64,000 nucleotides of DNA from Zootoca vivipara (Eukaryota): the NCBI RefSeq assembly GCF_963506605.1, contig NC_083288.1, positions 29,574,001-29,638,000 of the forward strand. Direction: 5' to 3'. The translations under genes were made by a program, and so were the position numbers. Positions 46,694 through 60,754 of this stretch are shown in pieces. Every line of letters begins with the position of its first letter. The stretch's first letter is position 1. Under the pieces are notes generated by a model. That model was given only the letters and a program-made list of their open reading frames with translations, had not been told where the DNA came from and made no database searches.

Positions 46694-49600
46694 TAATAAT
46701 AATAATAATAATTTATTATTATTATTTATACCCCGCCCATCTGGCCGGGTCTTCCCAGCCACTCTGGGCGGCTTCCAACAGAAGAATAAAACACAATAAT
46801 CTATTAAACATTAAAAGCCTCCCTGAACAGGGCTGCCTTCAGATGTCTTCTAAAAGTCTGGTAGTTGTTTTCCTTTTTGACATCTGTTGGGAGGGCGTTC
46901 CACAGGGTAGGCACCACCACTGAGAAGGCCCTCTGCCTAGTTCCCTGCAACTTGGCTTCTCGCAACGAGGGAACCGCCAGAAGGCCCTCGGTGCTGGACC
47001 TCAGTGTCCGGGCAGAACGATGGAGGTGGAGACGCTCCTTCAGGTATACTGGACCAAGGCCATTTAGGGCTTTAAAGGTCAGCACCAACACTTTGAATTG
47101 TGCTCGGAAACGTACTGGGAACCAATGTCGATCTTTCAAGACCGGTGTTATGTGGTCTCGGCGGCCGCTCCCAGTCACCAGTCAAGCTGCCGCATTCTGG
47201 ATTAGTTGCAGTTTCCGGGTCACCTTCAAAGGTAGCCCCACATAGAGTGCATTGCAGTAGTCCAAGTGGGAGATAACTAGAGCATACACCACTCTGGCTA
47301 GACAGTCTGCAGGCAGGTAGTGTCTCAGCCTGCGTACCAGATGGAGCTGATAGACAGCTGCCCTGGACACAGAATTGACCTGCGCCTCCATGGACAGCTG
47401 TGAGTCCAAGATGACTCCCAGGCTGCACACCTGGTCTTTCAGGGGCACAGTTACCCCATTCAGAACCAGGGAATCCTCAACACCTGCCCGCCTCCTGTTC
47501 CCCACGAACAGTACTTCTGTCTTGTCAGGATTCAATCTCAATCTGTTAGCCGCCATCCATCCTCCAACCGCCTCCAGGCACTCACACAGGACCTTCACTG
47601 CCTTCACTGGTTCTGATTAGAAAGAGAGGTAGAGCTGGGTATCATCCGCATACTGATGAACACCCAGCCCAAACCCCCTGATGATCTCTCCCAGCGGCTG
47701 CATGTAGATGTTAAAAAGCATGGGGGAGAGGACAGAACCCTGAGGCACCCCACAAGTGAGAGCCCAGGGGTCTGATCACTCATCCCCCACCACCACTTTC
47801 TGAACACGGCCCAGGAGGAAGGAGCGGAACCACCGTATAACAGTGCCCCCAGCTCCCAAGCCCTCTAGATGGTCCAGAAGGATGTTATGGTCGATGGTAT
47901 CAAAAGCCGCTGAGAGATCCAGCAGGACTAGGAAGCAGCTCTCACCTTTGTCTCTAGCCCACCGGAGATCATCAACCAGTGCGACCAGGGCCGTTTCAGC
48001 CCCATGATGAGGCCTGAATCCTGACTGGAAGGGATCCAAATGGTCTGCTTCTTCCAGGCGTGCCTGGAGTTGTTCAACAACCACTCGCTCAATCACCTTG
48101 CCCAAGAATGGAAGATTTGAGACTGGGCGATAGTTGGCCATATTGGCCGGATCTAAAGATGGTTTTTTAAGAAGCGGTTTAATAACCGCCTCTTTCAGCG
48201 GGTCTGGGAAGGCTCCCTCATGGAGAGAAGCATTTACCAACCCGCGAAGCCCATCGCCCAGCCCTTCCTGGCTAGCTTTTATAAGCCAGGATGGGCAAGG
48301 ATCAAGGAGACAGGTGGTTGGTTTCACTCGTCTAAGCAGCCTGTCCACATCCTCGGAGGTAACAAATTGAAATTGATCCCATGAAACACGACTAGACAGG
48401 GCTCCAGCACTCTCCCGCCCCGGCCCTGCTCCCACGGTGGAGTCTGCCTCCCTCTGAATCTGAGTGACTTTATCTGCAAAAAAACTTTGCAAAAGCATTA
48501 CAGGAGATATTGGGGTCCCTACCAGGTCCTGATGACGAAGGTGGTTCAGATAGATTGCGAACCACCTGGAACAGTCTCCTGCTGCTGTTTTCTGCAGATG
48601 CAATAGAAACGGTGAAGAAGGTCCTCTTTGACGTCGCCATTGCCACTTGGTAGGCTCGAAGTTGAGCTCTAGCCTGTGTTCGGTCGGATTCTCAACGACT
48701 GTTTCATCGCCCTCAGCTCCGGGGAAAACCACAGGGTTGTCCCAGCTCCATGCAATCGGAGAGGGCGCTTCGGAGCCAAAGAGTCAATAGCCCTGGTTAA
48801 CGCCACATTCCAGCGGGCCACCAGGGAATCGGCTGAGAGGCCATCAACATGGGATAAGACATCCCCTACCACTCTCTGAAAACCATTTGGATCCATTAAG
48901 TGGTGGGGGTGGACCATCCAAATAGGTCCCACCTCCCTGCAGAGGGGAAGGGTCGCGGAGAAGTCCAGTTGCACCAGGTAGTGATCTGACCATGGCACTT
49001 TGTTAGTTTCGCTTTTACTTAGTGTCAGATCACCACCATCCATAGAGGTAAACACCAGGTCCAAGGCATGTCCGCGGCTATGAGTTGGGCCAGACTTATT
49101 CAGGGACAGCCCCATGGAGGCCATGCTTTCCACGAAGTCCCGAGCGGCTCCTTGTAAGGTCGTGTCTGCATGGATGTTAAAATCCCCTAAGACAACCAGG
49201 CCAGGTGTCTCCAGGAGCACATCCGACATGACCTGAAGTAGCTCGGGCAGGGAATCCTTGGTGCAGCGGGGAGGTCGGTACACCAAAAGGAACCCTGTGC
49301 TGCCCCTATTGCCCAACTTCCAGAACATGCACTCAGAAAACCTGGTCTCACCAATAGGACGCCTGGTACAAACTAATGACTTCCTAAAAATCACTGCAAC
49401 CCCCCTCCCCACCCAGATGGCCTGGGTTGCTGTGCATAAGAGAAACCTGGTGGACAAGCAGCGGCAAGGACAGGCGCATCTGCTTCATCCAGCCAGGTCT
49501 CTGTCACACATGCCAGGTCAAAGCCTCCATCCACAATCAGGTCGTGGATGGCAGTGGTCTTGTGGATCATTGACCTGACATTGCACAGCAGCACCTTCAG

Positions 49601-49772
49601 GTCATGTGGGTATCCCTTGCTGATTCCAGTAACCATCCGGTCAGGACCAGACCCGGAGGCAGGGATAGTCCTCAAACAAAGACTGTACCTGCCTCCTCGG
49701 TAATGACATGGTCTGGTCTTAGCATAACTCCTCCTCCTACCCATGATCACTGAGATCCGTTCTCCATGATCG
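46694..49772 (-). mobile_element. L2-clade LINE (APE endonuclease plus RT, disrupted)
   Basis: LACVTETW, VYRPP, LGDFNIH, YRPVSNLPFLGK, LDLSAAFDT and HITPVLK..HW motifs; simple-repeat tail. Confidence 0.9.
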
Positions 49773-51230
49773 TTTGAGATCAACAAAAAAGTTAAATATT
49801 TAGCAATATGGCTAACAGTTATATATATATATATGAAAAAGTGTGGTTGGAGGTAAAAGAAATTTGGAAATATTGAGCAAAATGAATCTTTCTCTACTAG
49901 GAAGAATTGTGGTGATAAAAATGAATGTGCTACCAAAAATGTTCTTTCTTTTCCAGACGGTTGCAATAATGATTAAGGACTATGGTCTCAAAAGATGGCA
50001 AAGAGAGATTTCCAAATTTGTCTGGGAGGGCAAAAGGCCAAGGATTAAACATAAAATACTTACATATATAAAAGAAAGAGGCTTTGCTCTCCCGGACCTA
50101 AAATTGTATTAGGAGGCCACATGTTTGGTATGGATTAGGAACTGGATAAAACTGGAAAAGGAGGAAGCTTTAGATTTAGAACGTCATGATAATAGATATG
50201 GGTGGCCATACCTTTGGTATGGGAAAGGGAAGGTGCTTAAAGGATTTTATAATCATATAATTAGGAGATCATTGATGAAAATTTGGGAAAGCTACAGGGA
50301 CTTAATAGAGGGGGGGGGGGAACCACCCTGGTGGTTATCACCAATTGAAGCTTCACTGCTCAAACCACTTGGCAATAAAGGGAAAAAAATGGTCTATATA
50401 TAAAGAGATACTGAGAGATCAAGAAGGCAAATGTAAATTGAAAGAATATGATGAAATATAAGGCTATGTTCAGAGTTGGTTACATTGCAGACAATTAAAT
50501 GAGATGTATAAGGAAGCCAACAAAAAAGGGCTTAGCTATACAAGCTACATATTCCAAAAAGAGGTTATAGAAGAAGATGGGAAGCTGTTGAAGAAGGCTT
50601 ATAGTATTTTGTTAGAGTGGGAAACAAAAGATGAAGAGGTCAAATCAGTTATGATTAAATGGGCACAAGATTTCGGACACACTATACAATTTGAAGATTG
50701 GGGAAAGTTATGGAGAGTAAATTTGAAATTCACAGATTGTTCCTTGCTGAAAGAATATTATACGAAAATGATGTACAGATGGTATATTGCACCAGTTAAA
50801 ATGGTAAAAATGTACAAAACTGGATCAAACATATGTTTGAAATGTAAAGAAAAAGATGGAACTTTTTATCATATGTGGTGGGAATGTAGAGAAGTCAAAA
50901 AATATACAAACATACAAATTATGTGAAAAGGACAATTTGGAATTCAAGGAAGAATGGGAACTATTTACAAACTATTTGGAGAAACAACTTCATTGGCAGG
51001 ATTTGAATAAACATGCACAATTTCTTATTAGAACAATGTAAACAATTAGGGAAATGAGATGTATAATTTTAAAACATGCAGAAACAATATGTAAAAATAA
51101 ATCAGAGAAGGGAGCAGAGGGAAGTCTGGGAAGGGGGGAAGGGAGAAAATGTAGTTGTTGTAGCATTGATGAATTGCATTGGTTTAATATTGATAAATAA
51201 AATTTAAAAATAAAAAATAAAAATAAAAGT
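49773..51230 (+). mobile_element. L1 3' fragment, paralog of 359-4135 without the nested insertions
   Basis: LSLLGRIVVIKMNVLPK...FALPDLKLY; high similarity to 2503-4135; internal deletion near 50903. Confidence 0.88.
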
Positions 51231-52224
51231 CTTCCTAAATGAAATCGGAAAAGAAAAGAAAAGAAGAAGTCTGAAGTTTCACACTGGAGAAGTAATTCCA
51301 TACAGAGAATTGAGGGTCAGCTTCCACGATCCGATAGAGGCCATCCCATTTATGATAGTATGGGAATACAGAACCTTTGCTAGGAGTAAAAACTTTTCAT
51401 GCTATGGGACTTATTGAAAGATGGTATACAATAAGTCAAACAAAAGACTTTTAACGAACAGGCAAGGTGAACAATGTATTTAAATGGAAAATACCATTAG
51501 ACATAAAGAGCTCGTGTTTGTGCACATGAAATGTGACTTTAAGGTACCATTGCTTCTGCAGATTGCCATTTCGTATTAAATCTGCCTCCAAGGTGCACCA
51601 CAAGACATGCTGGTGCCTTGTCACAGTCAGTTCCAGAGTCCCCAGGTAATGGAAAACCATTTCATACACAGTTCAAAGTACCAAAGTGTTTATTGTCTCC
51701 AGACACAAGAGAAACCTAAACACGACTATATTTACAGTTCTTCTGGACTTTGAAGTAAAGATATATATGTACAGTGATCTGCTAACACTATCACCATGCT
51801 AGCTAACATTGCTTTGTAAAGCCTACAACCTTTTCCCCTTTTTCTCACATATTCAGACCCTGACAGCAACAGGATATGCACAGCAAAACCATAATGAAAG
51901 CAAAGCTCTAGAGATTATTACCCCTTTGTCTATGTGTAGACATGTTTCCTGAACCAATGGCTCAGTAAGTCATACACTCAACCTTGTTGGTGTTGCCGTG
52001 GTAACAAAGTGCACCTGGTACCCTTATCTCAGAACACCCAGACATGGGGTATTTACACCTTAAGACAGGAGCCCAAGCACTGTGTAATTTAACCTATTGT
52101 TTATATTACACCAACAAAACAATGTATCACATTTTAAAAGCAATTGATGGCACTAAGATATATATTAAATCCTTACCTGGGATAGTACTATCACAGAACA
52201 TGATGAATGACTACAGCAAGCGTG

Positions 52225-52303
52225 ACACACTATTGTATTTTAATATTTTGTTGGAAGCCGCCCAGAGTGTCTGTGGAGGCCGAACCAGATGGGCAGCGTA
52301 TAA

Positions 52304-52351
<48 letters not shown>
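52225..52351 (+). mobile_element. L2-like 3' end with a (TTA)n tail
   Basis: ggaagccgcccagagtg...ccagatgggc..tataaa(tta)n. Confidence 0.7.
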
Positions 52352-54163
52352 GATATAATTCCTGAAGTAATGGCTCAGTAAGTCATACACTTGACCTCGT
52401 TGGTGTTGCCATGGTAACAAAGTGCACCTGACACCCTTATCTCAGAACATACAGACACGGGGTATTTACACTGTGTACAGGACTCAGATTGTCAAGTATT
52501 CAAATGCAACAGAAAGCATCTACTTCAGACATCATAAAAGGGAGGAAAGAATGGCAGAAGTAGGAGGAACACAGTGGGGGCGGGATAGTGAGCTAGTCCT
52601 ATCTCACACCAGTATTTTAAATATTATATAGTAAATTGTTTTTAAACGGGATGGTTTATTTACATACCTTGATTATTTGTGTTAGTCCCATAGGGCAAAG
52701 TCTTTTAAAAAACACCATGGTTGTTTTGTGTGGGACTCCTGAGTCCAAGCATCCAGAAACACAATTGCTAATTTGTTTGGGGCTCTTGAGATCAAACTCC
52801 CAGGAACATAAATAGAATAATAGTAATAATTTTCCACCCAATGGTATAAGCATCGTGCTGCAAGTGTATACAAACATTTTCACTGTCTCAGAAGAAAAGG
52901 AGGGAGAGATTTAGAAAGAAAATGTTCCATGAGTAGCTAGAAGAATACAGAACATCTTAAAGTGATGAAGAAATTGCATCTGGAAATCTATTTTCTAAAA
53001 AGGAAAAGAGTAAGGTGTTTATATTTTTATAGCATTAGTGATACCTGGATAGCTTTTGGAGAGCAAAATGCAGACAATACTACTATACTATAGTCTATTG
53101 TGTAGAATGGGAAATTGTCCTTGTTCTAGGTTTCTCCAGAAACCTAATATCGACTGCACATAGAAAAACCAGAGACCTGGTTTCCATGACAAGGTAAGCC
53201 AAATTTTAGCTCAGTGAGACTGCATAAATGTGCAACCTCATGGAGAGAGGATTACAATTGCTTTGCTACTCCATGCTCCTTTGTACAGCCCTCAGAAGCT
53301 GCACCAGGTTTTGATAATCCAAACCAGGACTAATGGTTAGCCTCTCTCATACCCAAACGTGAGCTGCAACCAAGAACAAACGTTCACTTCAGCTCCTAGT
53401 GAGTGAGGAGAGAGCTTCAGCACTTCATTTGGCTTGGCTTGGCTTGGCTTGGCTGGGCTTGGTTTATCATAGTGTGGCAGCAAAAAGATCTGGGAAGCAG
53501 CAAAGCAGCTGTAAGCTTCTCTACAAGAGCTTATACATTTCTACATTCAGTTGGTACATACATATATGCACAGTGGACATTAAGATTAGAAACATACAAC
53601 AAAGATTAAAACAGTTGAAACCTCTGTGATCTCAGCTAGGAAGGAGTTGCAAAGCATCGGACCCAGAATACTGAATGCATGCCTCCTGGGAAGTAGGAGC
53701 TATGTGTCTGAGCCATGTGGAGCCACTACCAGTGACTCAGTCAAAGACCTCACTGATCAAACAGGGATATTAGGAATCAAGCTGTTAAGGTATCCTGGAC
53801 CCAAGTTGTGATAGCCATTGCAGTGGACATTAACAAACAAAATGTGAATTTGAGTAGCATACATGAATAAATTTCTATATTGTTTAGGTAAAGTTCTATT
53901 CCAATCATTCCCAGAATATAAAATATTTCTTAGCAGTAACTTATTTTAAGATAATGGTGTGTTATCTATGTGGAGGTGAAAGCTTAGTTTTCTTTAGATG
54001 ACGATTTATTATTACACCGTTTTGTTCACTTCTTTTTTAAAAAAATCTGCACCCCACAAAACTCACATCCAAAGCAGTATTGGATAACAAATATTTGTTA
54101 TCAGAAGAGGACTTAAACCTATGCTTGTCTTCCTGTTTTCTTCTAGAAGCAGCAATCATTTTA

Positions 54164-55153
54164 ATGATGGATGCAAAGATAGGCAATGAATCCTCTGTCT
54201 CTGAATTTCTACTCCTGGAGTTTTCAGCTGTACGGGAACTGCAGATTCTACACTTCTCTCTGTTCCTGTTATTGTACCTGGCAATTGTATTTGGGAATCT
54301 TCTCATCATCTCTGCCATAGCTTTTGACCACCACCTTCACACTCCCATGTGCTTCTTTCTGATGAACTTGGCCATACAGGACCTAGGGGCTGTTTCAGTC
54401 ACCATCCCCAAATCCATGGCCAATTCTCTCATGAATATCAGACACATATCTTATGCTGGATGTGTTGCTCAAGTGCTTTCATTCTTTTTCTTTTTATCAT
54501 CTGATGTCGCCCTTCTTACAGTCATGGCATATGATCGCTATGTTGCCATTTGCAATCCCTTACAATATGAAATGGTGATGAACAGGGCAGCCTGCAAACA
54601 AATGGTTGCTGGTGTGTGGGTTGCTGGAATTTTCAATGCAGTCATGCACACGAGTGCAACTCTTGCAACCCCTTTCTGCTCAAACATTGTCAATCAGTTT
54701 TTCTGTGAGGTCCCACAGTTACTTACACTTGCTTGCTCAAACTTCTACCTAACCGAAATCGGTGCTATATTGGTGAGTATAATATTTGCTTCTGGGTGTT
54801 TTGTCTTCATCGTTGTCACTTATGTACACATCTTTACTGTGGTTTTGAACGTTCCATCTGTTCAGGGAAGAAAAAAGGCCTTCTCCACTTGCATACCTCA
54901 CCTTGTTGTCTTCTCCCTATTTTGTTTCACAGGTTGTTTTGCTTACCTAAGGCCTCCTTCAAAAACTCCATCTGATGGTGACTTTGCAATAACTGTGATG
55001 TATACCATTGTACCACCCATGTTCAATCCAATAATTTACAGCATGAGAAATAAGGAGATTAAAAGTGCTGTATCAAAGCTCTTGGGTGTGAAGCACTCTT
55101 CTATGAATATCTTTTCCAGGCTTTTCCTGAAAAGGTTCCATTTCTCTCTGTAG
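54164..55153 (+). CDS. Olfactory receptor, family-14-like, open (329 aa; PMC variant)
   Basis: OR motifs present; LHTPMCFFL. Confidence 0.93.
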   Translation: MMDAKIGNESSVSEFLLLEFSAVRELQILHFSLFLLLYLAIVFGNLLIISAIAFDHHLHTPMCFFLMNLAIQDLGAVSVTIPKSMANSLMNIRHISYAGCVAQVLSFFFFLSSDVALLTVMAYDRYVAICNPLQYEMVMNRAACKQMVAGVWVAGIFNAVMHTSATLATPFCSNIVNQFFCEVPQLLTLACSNFYLTEIGAILVSIIFASGCFVFIVVTYVHIFTVVLNVPSVQGRKKAFSTCIPHLVVFSLFCFTGCFAYLRPPSKTPSDGDFAITVMYTIVPPMFNPIIYSMRNKEIKSAVSKLLGVKHSSMNIFSRLFLKRFHFSL

Positions 55154-55161
55154 GTATAAGC

Positions 55162-56035
55162 CACGGGTGTCAAACACAAGGCCCGGGGGCCAAATCCGGC
55201 CCGCCAGACCTCGTCATGTGGCCCGCCGAGCGCCCCAGCCAGCAGGACCCAGCAGCGGGACCTTGCTGCTGAAGCGCCGCTGCCGACAAAGCGCCGACAA
55301 ACAGCTGGGGCCAGGGGGGTAGAAAGGCGGCCGGAGCAGCGCTGCGTGGAGCGCCCCAAGCCACAGCAGGAGAAGGAGGAGGCAGCTTGCCGGGTCAGCG
55401 CCCGGCAGCGCTGTGCAGAGAGTCCCGAGCCTCTGGGACGCAGCAGTGCTCTGTAGCACTTTGAATCCTCCTCCTCCTGCCACGGCTCGGCGCCTGGAAA
55501 TGGTTGCTGCTGCTGCTGCTGCTGCTGAAGCACAGACAGAGCACCCAGCAGCGCCGCATGGAGGAGGAGGAGGATTCAAAGTGCTACAGTGCACTGCTGC
55601 GTCCCAGAGGCTCGGGACTCTCCACACGGCGCTGCCGGGCACCGACCTGGCAAGCCGCTGCCTCCTCCTCCTCTTGCCTCACCTCCTCCTCCTCCTGAAC
55701 GTGAGCTCAGCAGCGGCTCAGCCTCATGAACGTGCAACTCTGAGGCTTCATGCACTTCTCCTAAAACGGACACCCGCTGCCTCACGCTGCACGGGAAATG
55801 CTTTTTGCCCCTGGGTCCCTTCGCGCTCTTTTCTGGCGCTGAATCAAGGCAGCGACCCCCCCCCTTCCCTTTCTTTCTTCCTCTCTCTCGTTCTTATTCT
55901 TTCTTTCCCTCTCCTTCCTTCCTTCTTTATCTCTGTCTTCTCTCCCTCTTTCTTTTTCTTTCCTTCTTTATTCCTTCTTTCCTACTCTTCTTTCTCTCAC
56001 CTCTTTCCTTCCTCTCTCCCTCCTGCTCCCTCTTT

Positions 56036-56088
<53 letters not shown>

Positions 56089-56835
56089 TTTACTTCCTTC
56101 CTTTCTTCCTTCCGTCCTTCCCATCTTTCTTCCTCTCCCTCATTCTTATTCTTTCTTTCCCTCTACTTCCTTCCTTCTTTCTCCCTTTCCGTCTTCTCTC
56201 CCTCTTTCTTTTTCTTTCCTTCTTTATTCCCTTCCTTATTTCCTACTCTTCTTTCTCTCCCCTCTTTCCTTCCTTCCTCTCTCCCTCCCACTCCCTCTTT
56301 CCTTCCTTCCTTCCTTCCTTCCTTCCTTCCTCCCCTCCCCTCCCCTCCCTCTCCCTCTCCTCAGAAACATAGGATGCTGCTTTATACTTCTGGCCCTTAA
56401 ACCCTGGAACCAGGAGAGCAGCTCCAGTGAGTCAACCTAAGCCAGTCCCTTTGGTGAAGGGTGGTGGCTCACTGGCAGAACATCTGTCCTGCATGCAGAA
56501 GGACCCCAGCATCTCCAGGTACCAGTAGCTCTGCAAAGCTCCTGCATGAAACCCTAGCGAGCCTCCACCACCCAGTGCAGTTACCAAAAATCATTTTTCA
56601 ATAAATTGTACAATAATTGTACATTTGAATATCTACTTGCCATTATTCTGACTATGTTTCTGCTTTCAGAGCTAGTTATTACTTACATTATTACAAAAAA
56701 CAGTAATAATTGAATGCAGTGACAATAATTTATGATAATAAAGAGTGGACACATAGTCCTACAGATACAACCGGCCCTTTGAGGGTGACCAAACTGCTGA
56801 TGCGGCCCCCGATGAATTTGAGTTTGACACCCCTG
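55162..56835 (+). mobile_element. 1.67-kb non-autonomous hAT with composite internal DNA (copy 1)
   Basis: TIR cacgggtgtcaaac / gtttgacacccctg; flanks gtataagc and atatacag. Confidence 0.88.
55860..56360. repeat. Polypyrimidine low-complexity / (TTTC)n / (TTCC)n tract inside the hAT
   Basis: Read directly; mirrored at 60546-60930. Confidence 0.9.
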
Positions 56836-59800
56836 ATATACAGTATATATCCTTTAAAATTGTGATATATCGTCTTGTAGGTGTACAGTGTTACCTTGGT
56901 TTAAGTACACAATTGGTTCCGGAAGTTTGTACTTAACCTGAAGTGTACTTAACCTGAAGTGAACTTTCCCATTGAAAGTAATGGAAAGTGGATAAATCCG
57001 TTCCAGATGGGACCACGGAGTCCTCAATCTGAAGCATACTTAACCCGAAGTATGAGAGTAATTGGTTACGGAAGTCCGTACTTAACCTGAATTGTACTTA
57101 ACCTGAAGCAAACTTTCCCATTGAAAGTAATGGAAAGTGGATTAATCCGTTCCAGATGGGTCCGCGGAGTACTTAAACTGAACGTACTCAAACCGAAACG
57201 TACTTAAACCAAGGTATGACTGTAATATGAACAAAAGGTAAAATTACACAGTGCTTGGGCTCCTGTCTTAAGGTTTAAATACCCCATGTCTGGATGTTCT
57301 GAGATAAGGGTGCCAGGTGCCCTTTGTTACCCTGGCAACAGAAATCACTTACTGAACCATTACTTCAGAAATTATATCTATAATATAATTACCGTTTCTA
57401 AACAGCACACTATATAATATTTGAAATAATAATACTGCTACATAAGTCTGTCTGGAACCTTCTGGTTTCAACTGGACTTTCTCAGACTCTTTTCTTTCTT
57501 TCTATTTAAAATATTATTTTTATTTATTTTCATGGTACAGAGAGTTGTGTGAGGTATGACTGGCTCAGTGTTCCCTGCTCCATTCCCTCCCTTCTGCTGT
57601 GTTTTGGTCAATGCTCTAAATTTCACCTAGGTGTTTATCATGTGAACGGCCATGAGAGCGTGTGATGAAGGGTGGTATTTAAATCCAACAAATAGTAAAA
57701 TGAAAATAATAACTTTAAGGAAATATCATAGTGTTCAACCTGAAAAAAAAGTTGGAAGGGTATCCTTGAAGCCAGCATTTGCAATGTACACAAGGGATTT
57801 GTGATCTGCTTCTGCTAATATTGGTCTCCCATATATAAATGTGTGGACTTTTTTGACATTCAAATACAAGGGCCAGCACCTCTTTTTCTATTTGTGCATG
57901 GTTGCTTTTGGGGTCGGTGAGAGGCCTTGTAGTACATACTACCTGTCTTCAGATTGTCCATATTTTTGTGGGATTTAATGTGTATCAATGCTGACTTGGG
58001 TTGCCCTTGGCAAAATATAGTGACTGACAATCTAATAAATAAATTAACAATTTAACAATATGTTTTTTTTTTAAAAAAATATCCCTACATCAAAGCAGTT
58101 CCTATGCCTTCTCTGAGGCAACTATGGGCAGTTCATAATCATACTAACTATTGTGTTCAAATCTTTTTACTATGTTAGCATACCATGTCTACAGAGCATG
58201 AAGTTCTTTTCATTTATTCATAAAGATTCATAAAGATTCCATACATTTGAGTACTTCTAGAAGCATTGCAAGGAACATGTGCCACTGGTCTTTTTGGCTA
58301 TATTATTTTATATACATCGTTCACTTTGCCCATTCCTCAAAATACATAAGGGTACCTCTGTTCAATGTGAAGGTATTTTATTCGGCATATCGCCTGTCAT
58401 CTTTAAATGAATTCCACAGTATAGCAAGTTTTTGCTCTAAGCAACTGTTCTATATTCACATACACTTTCACAAATACGATGAACTCTATCAGTTCTGGGA
58501 TGTTGACCTCCATTCCCCTTTATGGAATTACTTCCCCTGTGTGAAACTCCAGTCTTATGTTTTCCAAAAGGATGTAGTTTTTTAAAAAAGGTTTTGTGAA
58601 ATTATGTCAGTGGCCACTGTGTCAGACTCACCACTTAGGATGGGAGGTGGTTGACATGACCAATTTCCTGGGTTTCTAAATGATACAACACTCCCTAGTA
58701 AAAATCACTGGGGAAATGTGTTTTAACTCCTTGTCAGTAAAAAAACAACAACAACAACCAGGTGTTCTGCTTATGAGAAGCATGCCCTGGGTCCAGCTAT
58801 CTCCCACCAAAGGCTCAAAATAATGAGGAAGCACTTCGGGAAGAAAGGTAGAATTTTATATATTTACATTCGTTGAGGATTCAAACTTAATAGTCACTCT
58901 CTTAAGGCACAACAGTTCATTTTAGAAAAGTTACTTATGCGGGTCACAATAGTTTCAGGCAAAAACTCTTTACAGAGAACGTTTAAGCCCCAGTCAGCAC
59001 TCTTGTTTAAAACTAGTCTCAGGACAGACTATTTCCAACTAAATTGGACATTTGTGTCACTGCCTAGCAAGAATCTCACAGCCCCTTCTAAAGTTTTCCC
59101 CTTAGCTTCAGCTAAGCAGATTGGGTTGCCCTCTAAAGCAGGTGGCAATGTGGGTTAAACTACAGAGCCTAGAGCTTGCTGATCAGAAGGTCAGTTGTTC
59201 AAATCCCCACGACGGGGTGAGCCCCCGTTGCTCAGTCTCAGCTCCTGCCAAACTAGCAGTTTGAAAGCACATCAAAGTGCAAGTAGATAAATAGGTACCG
59301 CTACAGCAGGAAGGTAAACAGTGTTTCCATGTGCTGCTCTGGTTCGCCAGAAGCGGCTTTGTCATGCTGGCCACATGACCTGGAAGCTGTGCGCCGGCTC
59401 CCTTGGCCAATAACGTGCGATGAGTGCCACAACCCCAGAGTCGGTCACGACTGGACCTAATGGTGAGAGGTCCCTTTACCTTGTACCTTTACCTAAAGCT
59501 AATGCCTAAATCTAATCAGAACAGGTCCTTCTCACCCCAGGTTCCTAAACATGGGCTCATCCACACTTTTGCTTCTTCCACAGGTAGAAAGCAAGAATGT
59601 GAGTGGTCTTCTGCTTTCACTGCTCCATTTCCCAGGAACACCCACTCTTTAGCTTCAAATAGAAAGAAGTGACAATACACTGAAATGCTGATTGCCTGAT
59701 GAAAGCAGTGGGACAAGAGAAAGTGTAGGCATGCACTAAATGACAAACAGTCCCTCTCTAAATGTATGATTTACAAGCCGTGTGATCAGAGATGCAAAAT

Positions 59801-59933
59801 TATTAATAGTACATCTAAGGTGAAGGAACACAAGATGTCATTGTGACACCCTGCAGATTTTGAGTCTGCATATCAAAATTTATCTAGAAGCTAGAACTGG
59901 TTGCGATATCTCCGTAGATCGCTATGCTTATAC
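56836..59933 (-). other. 3.1-kb segment inverted relative to the paralog at 18101-21995
   Basis: Reverse-complement match, including the Sauria SINE, the Gypsy relic and the MITE. Confidence 0.9.
59140..59495 (+). mobile_element. Sauria-type SINE
   Basis: Inverted paralog of 18537-19106; (acctttt)-like tail. Confidence 0.8.
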
Positions 59934-60705
59934 CAGGGGTGTCAAACTCAAATTCATCGGGGGCCGCATCAGCAGTTTGGTCACCCTCAAAGGGCCGGTT
60001 GTATCTGTAGGACTATGTGTCCACTCTTTATTATCATAAATTATTGTCACTGCATTCAATTATTACTGTTTTTTGTAATAATGTAAGTAATAACTAGCTC
60101 TGAAAGCAGAAACATAGTCAGAATAATGGCAAGTAGATATTCAAATGTACAATTATTGTACAATTTATTGAAAAATGATTTTTGGTAACTGCACTGGGTG
60201 GTGGAGGCTCGCTAGGGTTTCATGCAGGAGCTTTGCAGAGCTACTGGTACCTGGAGATGCTGGGGTCCTTCTGCATGCAGGACAGATGTTCTGCCAGTGA
60301 GCCACCACCCTTCACCAAAGGGACTGGCTTAGGTTGACTCACTGGAGCTGCTCTCCTGGTTCCAGGGTTTAAGGGCCAGAAGTATAAAGCAGCATCCTAT
60401 NNNNNNNNNNNNNNNNNNNNNNNNNNNNNNNNNNNNNNNNNNNNNNNNNNNNNNNNNNNNNNNNNNNNNNNNNNNNNNNNNNNNNNNNNNNNNNNNNNNN
60501 NNNNNNNNNNNNNNNNNNNNNNNNNNNNNNNNNNNNNNNNNNNNNGAGTAGGAAATAAGGAAGGGAATAAAGAAGGAAAGAAAAAGAAAGAGGGAGAGAA
60601 GACGGAAAGGGAGAAAGAAGGAAGGAAGTAGAGGGAAAGAAAGAATAAGAATGAGGGAGAGGAAGAAAGATGGGAAGGACGGAAGGAAGAAAGGAAGGAA
60701 GTAAA

Positions 60706-60754
<49 letters not shown>

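Noticed and set aside
51619-51865. tgtca...tgaca segment as a solo LTR
   Set aside because: No matching TSD or empty site is visible.
55036-56440. Long ORFs rich in Phe/Ser/Leu or poly-Ala/Gln (mirrored at 60329-61884)
   Set aside because: Caused by low-complexity and GC-rich transposon interior lacking stop codons.
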